DNA of 64,000 nucleotides from Octopus sinensis (lineage: Eukaryota), in contig NC_042998.1 of NCBI RefSeq assembly GCF_006345805.1, positions 62,496,001-62,560,000 of the forward strand, read 5' to 3'. Numbering within the stretch: position 1 is the first letter of the stretch; each line of letters starts with the position of its first letter. Below the pieces are notes generated by a model. It did not search any database. It saw nothing but the letters and a program-made list of their open reading frames with translations, and had not been told where the DNA came from. Shown piece after piece: positions 55,845 to 64,000 of this stretch. A program made the position numbers and the translations under genes.

Positions 55845-55945
55845 GATATATATATATATATGTGTGTATATTTATATATATATATATATGTATGTTTATA
55901 TATATATATATATGTTTATATATAATATATATATATGTATATATA

Positions 55946-55978
<33 letters not shown>

Positions 55979-55984
55979 ATATAT

Positions 55985-56030
<46 letters not shown>

Positions 56031-56075
56031 TATTATATCATAATGGAATAATTACTATAAAGTATTGTGTAGAAT

Positions 56076-56432
56076 ATATTGTACAAAAGATTGTGGGCAA
56101 GGCTAAAACAATGCGAAGTAAATGCAAGGTAAATCACGCGAAAACAAATATATGAATTAATGTAGACTTGCCTAGTATTCAATATTTCGGGGTTATGACC
56201 CCATTTTCAAGAAAATTAATGAATGTTGCCGATATGCGTGTGTGTGACCATGTCCATTCCACACACGCTCACACACACGCACATCGGGAACATTCATTAA
56301 TTTCTTGAAAATGGGGTCATAACCCCGAAATATTGAATTCAAGGTAAGTCTACATTAATTCATATATTTCTTTGGTGGTGATTTACGTTGCATTTACTTC
56401 GCATTGTTTCGGCCTTACCCACGATCCTTTAT

Positions 56433-56438
<6 letters not shown>
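56076..56438. mobile_element. ~360-bp fold-back element with two inverted U3:A8 hammerhead-like motifs (56178-56213 minus, 56302-56337 plus)
   Basis: Arms of about 170 bp. Motif ttc-TTGAAAA-t-gggg(tcataa)cccc-GAA-ATAT-T-gaa. Embedded in (TA)n. Confidence 0.8.
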
Positions 56439-56510
<72 letters not shown>

Positions 56511-56519
56511 GTATATATA

Positions 56520-56735
56520 TATACTTATGTATGTATTTGTGTATCTGTATTTGTCCTCCCACCATCGCTTGACAACTGATGTTGGTGTGCTTAGATTCCC
56601 GCAACGTAATGGTTCGGCAAAAGATACCGATAGAACATCTACTCGGCTTACAAAGAATAAGAACATCTTCTCGGTTTACTTAAAGGCGGTGCTCCAGCAT
56701 GGCCGCAGTCAAATGACTGAAACACGTAAAAGGAT
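56520..56735 (+). mobile_element. SINE family A, 3' half
   Basis: catcgcttgacaactgatgttgg...ccagcatggccgcagtcaaatgactgaaac. Confidence 0.75.
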
Positions 56736-57733
56736 AAATGTACAAAAGAATATACATATTAATGTAAGAAAAATCTAACTAACTAATTAAAGCAATGTAA
56801 CAGATTAACCGACCGACTAATTAACTAAGCAGCCATCACACAGACCAACACACCTTACCAATGAAAGAAGCTAGAAAGCTGGAAGGAAAGAAAGGGAAGT
56901 ATATATAAGAGAAAATAATAAGAGATGTAAGGAGTGGGGGGTGTCGTGTGGGCGTCAGGTAGAAAGTCACGTAAATGGGAAATAGTTAAAAAATATTCTT
57001 GGTCGGTGGAGGAAATGTAATATATTGCTATCTACGTGAATATTTTATTTACTTCGACTCAGAAGACATTATATCTTCAAGACTATCTTCGATGTGTTAA
57101 AAATGCTTTTTCTATTGAAATAAATGGTGGTGGCGGTGGTGGTGGTGATGGTGGTGATGCTGATGATGAGTTAGGTGGTGACGGGGGGTAGACATGACAA
57201 CGAAGACAACGACGACGACATGGACAAATATGATAATGACAATGATGATGATGATGATGATGACGGTGGTGGTGGTGGTGGTTATGCGGTTGTGATGATA
57301 GTCATGGTGATGATGTGAATGATGAGGATGAATGTAGCAAAACTGATGATGATGGTGATGATGATGGTGATGATAACGATGATGAAAATGATGGTGATGA
57401 TGATGATGGCGATGATAATGGCGATGACAATGGTGGTGATTTAAAGATAATGGTGGAGGTTTTAGTAGTGATGGTAGTGATGATGATGATGATGATGAAG
57501 GGGCGCCGACGACGACGTCAACGATAATGATAAGGTTAAACTGATGATTGTGCTATGATGTTGATGACAAAGACGGTGGTGATAATGATGATGATGGTGA
57601 AGCAAATAATGGTGTTGATGATGATCTTGATGACAACGACGATGATCCCCCTAAATCACCGAATTTATCAATCTTATCATAGATGTTTACCGGTGTGTAA
57701 TATATACATATAAACATACTGTGTACCTCACAC

Positions 57734-57782
<49 letters not shown>

Positions 57783-57844
57783 GTATGTATACATATGTAT
57801 ATATACGCCTACAAACTTGTTTATATAATTTTGAATATACATGC

Positions 57845-57882
<38 letters not shown>

Positions 57883-58104
57883 ATACATATATATATATGC
57901 TTTTGGTGCGAATGGTTTTGTTATACGGTGCTGTGTTTTACAACCCTGAAAATAATAATGATGGTATTTTTATACGCCTAAAGCTTATAGCTTAATAATG
58001 GGGCTTATATAAGTCGAGGGCATATATGCCCCATTATTCGACTATTTTCCTTAGTCATTGCACGGTGATTGCTGTAAGTTTTAAGCTTATAACATATACC
58101 ATTA

Positions 58105-58142
<38 letters not shown>

Positions 58143-58376
58143 GCAAATCCCCAAAACGCGAAGAACAAACACAAAAAAGAACAACGTGAGGATGTGGCAC
58201 ATGTAAAGTATTAGAAGACGCTCATGGAAAGGATGTAATACATACACACACACATATACCTTAACACATATATAGGTATATACATTTATTTACATCATAT
58301 ATACATATAACAAATCTCTCTCCCCCTCTCTCTCTCTCCCTATATATATATATATATATTGAATATATCATACACA

Positions 58377-58894
58377 TAGGCGCAGGAGCGGCTGTGCGGT
58401 AAGTAGCTTACTTACCAACCACATGGTTCCGGGTTCAGTCCCACTGCGTTGCACCTTGGGCAAGTGTCTTCTTCTATAGCCTCGAGCCGACCAAAGCCTT
58501 GTGAGTGGATTTGGTAGGCGGAAACTGAAAGAAGCCCGTCGTATGTATATATATAAATGACAAGACAACAAGAGAATGAAAGAGACCTCGATAGTATGTA
58601 AATAGAGGAATTTATCTGTAAATATATGTGACAATTCTTCGGTAGCCATGATATAACTCCGAGTTTCGGATGTCGGAGCGGAAACCCACGCCGGCATCTC
58701 TTCAGTTATGGGGCCATCGAAAAGAAAAATACAATGAAAATGACCGTTAATTCCCCTTTGTTTTAACGGTCATTTTCATAGCATTTTTTTCGATGGCCCC
58801 ATAACTGAAGAGATGCCGGTGTGGATTTCGCCCAGACATCCGAAACTCGGAGTTTTATCATGGCTACCAAACAATTGTCAGATATTATGTTTAC

Positions 58895-58966
<72 letters not shown>

Positions 58967-59160
58967 CTGTGTTAGCCCCACCTCCATCGCTTGACAACCG
59001 ATTTTGTTGTGTTTGCGTCACCGTGACTTAGCGTTTCTGGAAAGGAGACCGTCAGAATAAGTACTAGTCTTGCAAAGAAGTCCTGGGGTCGATTTGTTCG
59101 ACTAAAGCTGCTGCTCCAGCATGGCCGTAGTCAAATGACTGAAACAAGTAAAAGAAAAGA
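58377..59160 (+). mobile_element. SINE family A with a PLE-type fold-back element in its central microsatellite
   Basis: 5' half at 58377-58545, 3' half at 58940-59160. Confidence 0.8.
58613..58899. mobile_element. ~290-bp fold-back element with two inverted hammerhead motifs (58651-58709 minus, 58801-58858 plus)
   Basis: ataa-CTGAAGA-gatg...catc-c-GAA-ACTCGGAGT-T-ttat. 12-nt central loop at about 58751-58762. Confidence 0.85.
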
Positions 59161-59502
59161 ATACATTATATTGAACATTCATCAAACAAAGTATATTCGT
59201 CATATATAGCCTCAACCTAAGAGAATGTAATGCAAGCACAAGGAACAAACAAAACAAGAAAAAAAACTCCTCATTCACACGGGGAACCGTAAGCCTGCAA
59301 GTGACAGGATGCATCTCAGACAGTTAACATAATATCCAAATAGCTATGTAAATATAAAGTTATAAACTTTATATTTCAAACTGTTGATAATATTTATATC
59401 CTGGAGAGAATTGCAGAAGCAAAACCTAGGTAAGCGATGCTTTACGTCACTAAAAACAAAATTAACTTAGATACTGTACAATGATAATAAATTGTTGCTA
59501 TA

Positions 59503-60255
59503 AGGCCGGGCGAAACGCGTAGCTGTATTTCGTCTGCCGTTACGTTCTGAGTTCAAATTCCGCCGAGGTCGACTTTGCCTTTCATTCTTTCGGGGTTGCT
59601 TGAATAAAAACCAGTTACGCACTGGGGTCGATGCAATCGACTTAATCCGTGTGTCTGTCCTTGTTTGTCCCCCCTGTGTGTAGTAAAGAAATAGGTATTT
59701 CGTCTGTCTTTATGTTCTGAGTTCAAATTCCGCCGAGGTCGGGTCGATGAATTAAGTACCCGTTGCATACAGGGGTCGATCTAATCAACTTACCCCTCCT
59801 TCAAAATTTCGGGCCTTGTGTCCAGAGTAGAAAAGAATAGAATGAGCTTGACAAGGCGGTGAGCTAGCTGAAACGTTAGTACGCCGGGTGAAATGCTTAC
59901 CGGTATTTCGTCCGCCGCTGCGTTCTGAGTTCAAATTCCGCCGAAGTTGACTTTGCATTTCATCCTTTCGGGGTCGATAAATTAAGCACCAGTTACGCAC
60001 TGGGGTCGAAATAATCGACTTAATCCGTTAGTCTGTTCTTGTTTGTTCTCTCTGTGTTTAGCCCCATGCGGGTAGTAAAGAAATAGGTATTTCGTCTGTT
60101 TTTACGTTCTGAGTTCAAATTCCGCCGAGGTAGACTTTGCCTTTCATCCTTTCGCGGTCGATAAATTAAGAACCTGTTGCGTACTGGAGTCGATCTAGTC
60201 GACTGGTTCCCTCCCCCAAAATTTCGGGCCTTGTGTCTGGACTAGAAAAGAATAA
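59503..60255 (+). mobile_element. Two consecutive dimeric SINE family B units
   Basis: The pattern [monomer + gtaaagaaata][ggtatttcgtctg monomer + gtagaaaagaata] occurs twice. Confidence 0.85.
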
Positions 60256-61073
60256 ATTGTTACTATCAATTAATTTTCAGTCCGTTCAAGAGGGCTTTTT
60301 CAGAGTAAATTTCCGATCTCAGCGCGCCAATATGACGGCATTTGAAAGATACACATAAATATAATCTGAGGGCGATGTAATCGACTAGCCCCGTCTCCAA
60401 AACTTTTAAGCCTTGTGCTTATACTAGGAAGGATTATTTAGGCTTCAATAATTAAACATTTATATATTCGTTTTATATATCCGATCATTTATTTCGTAGA
60501 ATCGACAGAGACAAAAGTAAATTCTGTAACATACATTACAATATACTAAGGAACACTACTGCAAATTATGTAACGCACACAACTGTAAGATCGCCGAGTG
60601 TGTAAGCCATCGTTAACAAACTCCCAAAGAGACAAGAAGAGAAATCAAAAATCTTCTGTAAGAATTGACATACATCTTAGAAACTTTATCTATTATAGAT
60701 AAATGTCTGTAGCTTTTATTATCGTGATTCTTTTAAACCCCGAACTGAATTCACCCGATCGTGATTTTAAACCTATATATCAAGTGAATTTAATGGTTAC
60801 AAACATTTACGATTACAAATAGTGTTTCTTTCCTCCCCATAAAACTGTATGAATTTAACTGTTCAATGTATTTAAAAATTTAGAAAATGGAGAAAAAAAT
60901 TTTTTTCCTCTTACGTCGATTAGGAAAAAGAAAAAAAATTGCTTTTACGAATAACACATTTTTTCAGTATTATTTTAAATGTATTTAAAAGTGTCTTCTT
61001 CGTTTAAATCTTCAAATACTTTATGTAGATTAATGTTTACTGAGGCCAAAAACAATGATTAAACGAAAGCAAA

Positions 61074-61163
<90 letters not shown>

Positions 61164-61250
61164 GTCTGTCTGTCTGTCTGTCTATCTGTATGTATGTATG
61201 TATGTATGTATGTATGTATGTATGTGTCTATCTAGCTGTCTAGCTGTCTG

Positions 61251-61357
<107 letters not shown>

Positions 61358-61601
61358 GCCTCTAGATTTCTTCCTCTCCCCTCTTTTCTCCCCACCACTC
61401 TGTCTCTATATGTTTATAAATATATAAATATATATGTGTATATATTCAAATGTTTTAGCCAAAGCAATAAATCCAACATATGTGTGTGTGTATTTCTGTC
61501 TGCATGTATAGATATATATGTCTGTGTGCGTGTGTGTGAATGTATGTGTGTGTATATATATATTTGGTGATGCAAACAAGAAGACTGAATTTAAAACACG
61601 A

Positions 61602-61640
<39 letters not shown>

Positions 61641-62669
61641 TAAATTTTTTTTTATTATTAATCGGCATAGTTACAGAGAAGCCGAAAAGAAAGTCTTGCC
61701 GCATTTCAAGATGTGAAAGAAACAAGTACTTCTTTGGTCTTAAAAGATAGATTTAATCAATATAATATTTTCCTTATCATTAAAACCACAATCCCAACTA
61801 TTTGGATAATTGTTGATCCCTCGGGCGTAAAATACGTCAGCTTTCGAAGCCAAAAAAAACAAACAAAATAACTCTCAATATCATTTCGAAGCTCTTTATG
61901 ATATAAAAAAAGCCTACTTTCTCTTCAAATAATACTGCAATGATCTGAAAAGATGATAATTGAAACAAATTCAAGAGAGTAAGGAGAATGAAGTAAAAGT
62001 TCCAATCTCTTTCTGAGTAACCTGATTAACTTGTAGTCTTGTATTATCGTGTAAGAGCAATACCCTTTTACAATTGACCGCGGACAGGCCCCTTTTTTGG
62101 CAATTTAGAGCTACATTTTATCGGGCGCTTCATAATGATGTTGACACATTTTAAACATAAGTCTGGAAGAAGTTTATTTGTTACGAATAAATTACAAACC
62201 GTACAAAGAAAATGTGTGCCATATTTATAAAACACCCTGTACAATGTATTCCTATATTTTTTAAAGATGACTTACTTTCTATTTTTAGTTGCTCAGGCTC
62301 AGTTCAAACTTAGTTTCACAGATCTATCAAAGGGTTTCCTCTTATCACCCTATCTCTCTTTTATAGTCATAATATATCTCAGAAGACGTTACCCAATGTG
62401 TCTTTCTGAAGAGGGTAGCGCTTGGTATGAAAAAGATTTGAGTACTATTTCCGGTGACTTACACGCTGGGCAATCTTGATTCAGAATACTTATTTTCAAA
62501 AGAGTTCCCTATTGCTACCATCTCTTCTTTATACAACAGACTGAACTGGAACATCCGTCTTCCTTTCTTATTTCTACATTGTCACAATTATTTAATCTTG
62601 CAATAAAGACATTCTGAAAACATTTATTTAGCATTTTACCTGGACAGTTCACAGACGCTTTTTTCTTCA

Positions 62670-62762
<93 letters not shown>

Positions 62763-63140
62763 GGCTGCTGCCACTGCTGCTGCTGAGGCCGATCTGAGTC
62801 TACCGTCTGTCTCTATCATTGTTTGTGATATCGTATAGAATGTCAAAACCACTTAATCTAACAATGAACTTGTCCTGCAAACTTCTATTGTTTTGTTCGA
62901 CCATTTGTTGTTCCGGCTGGCAACGATCTAAATATGTCTAAACTGTCTGACATCTCACCCCCGCCCTGTTAAAGACACACCTTCGGGTATCCAAACTACC
63001 TGATATCCTTCAGTTTTGGATTTCTTCTGCAGACGTCCAAACCGAGATCAAACCGCAATGGTTCCATCTGGTTGAAAGGACCTGCAAAGGAATAGAGATT
63101 GCCTCTCTTCCTTTGTCTAACAGATAAATACAATAATGGT

Positions 63141-63174
<34 letters not shown>

Positions 63175-63177
63175 AAT

Positions 63178-63600
63178 TGTTTCAAATTTTGGATCAAGGC
63201 CAAAACCGTAAGAAGATGGTAATCGATTATATCGACTCAACTGATTGACAAGTAACATATCTTATCGACTGCGGAAAGATGAAAGGAAAGTAGACTGCGG
63301 CGCGATTTGAACTCAGAACCTTAAGTGTTAGCTAACGATTAAGCTAAGTCGTCGCCTTAACAATGATTTCTTTTATTATATCTAATGATCCTTTCTACTT
63401 TAGGCACAAGGCCTGAACTTTAGGGGAGGGGGCCAGTCGATTACATTGACCCCAGTACACAACTGATACTTATTTTATCGACCTCGAAAGGATGAATAGT
63501 AAATTCGACCTCGGCTGAATTTGAACTCAGAACGTTAGCGACAAGCGAAATGCCGGTAAACATTTTTCGGCGCGCTATCTATTGTGCCAGCTCGCCGCCT
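63178..63600 (-). mobile_element. Two SINE family B copies
   Basis: Reverse complement of the ggcggcgagctggca...ttctgagttcaaat pattern, twice. Confidence 0.7.
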
Positions 63601-63602
63601 TA

Positions 63603-64000
<398 letters not shown>

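Overview
AT-rich, repeat-saturated animal genomic DNA, either intergenic or deep intronic. The SINE families and the dense (TA)n, (TACA)n, (TATC)n and (AAT)n microsatellites resemble an octopod cephalopod (inference). I can support no intact host gene; most listed ORFs are microsatellite artefacts. Recognisable content: three tRNA-derived SINE families in many copies; mariner (DD34D) and maT-type (DD37D) transposase relics; a Helitron RepHel relic; CR1, RTE and Tx1/L1 LINE fragments; a nest of R4/Dong-type restriction-like-endonuclease LINE fragments in (AAT)n; and Penelope-like (PLE, GIY-YIG) relics plus short PLE-type fold-back elements. There are two main signals. (1) Several families of PLE-type inverted repeats carry minimal type I hammerhead ribozyme motifs, and all four Watson-Crick versions of the core 3:8 pair occur (C3:G8, U3:A8, A3:U8, G3:C8). 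(2) Two different ORF1-only ('half') Tx1/L1-like elements sit at the same 14-bp duplicated site in the tRNA-like head of one SINE family, and a related 3' end forms the tail of a second, dimeric SINE. There is one 100-N assembly gap. All alignments were done by eye and boundaries are approximate.
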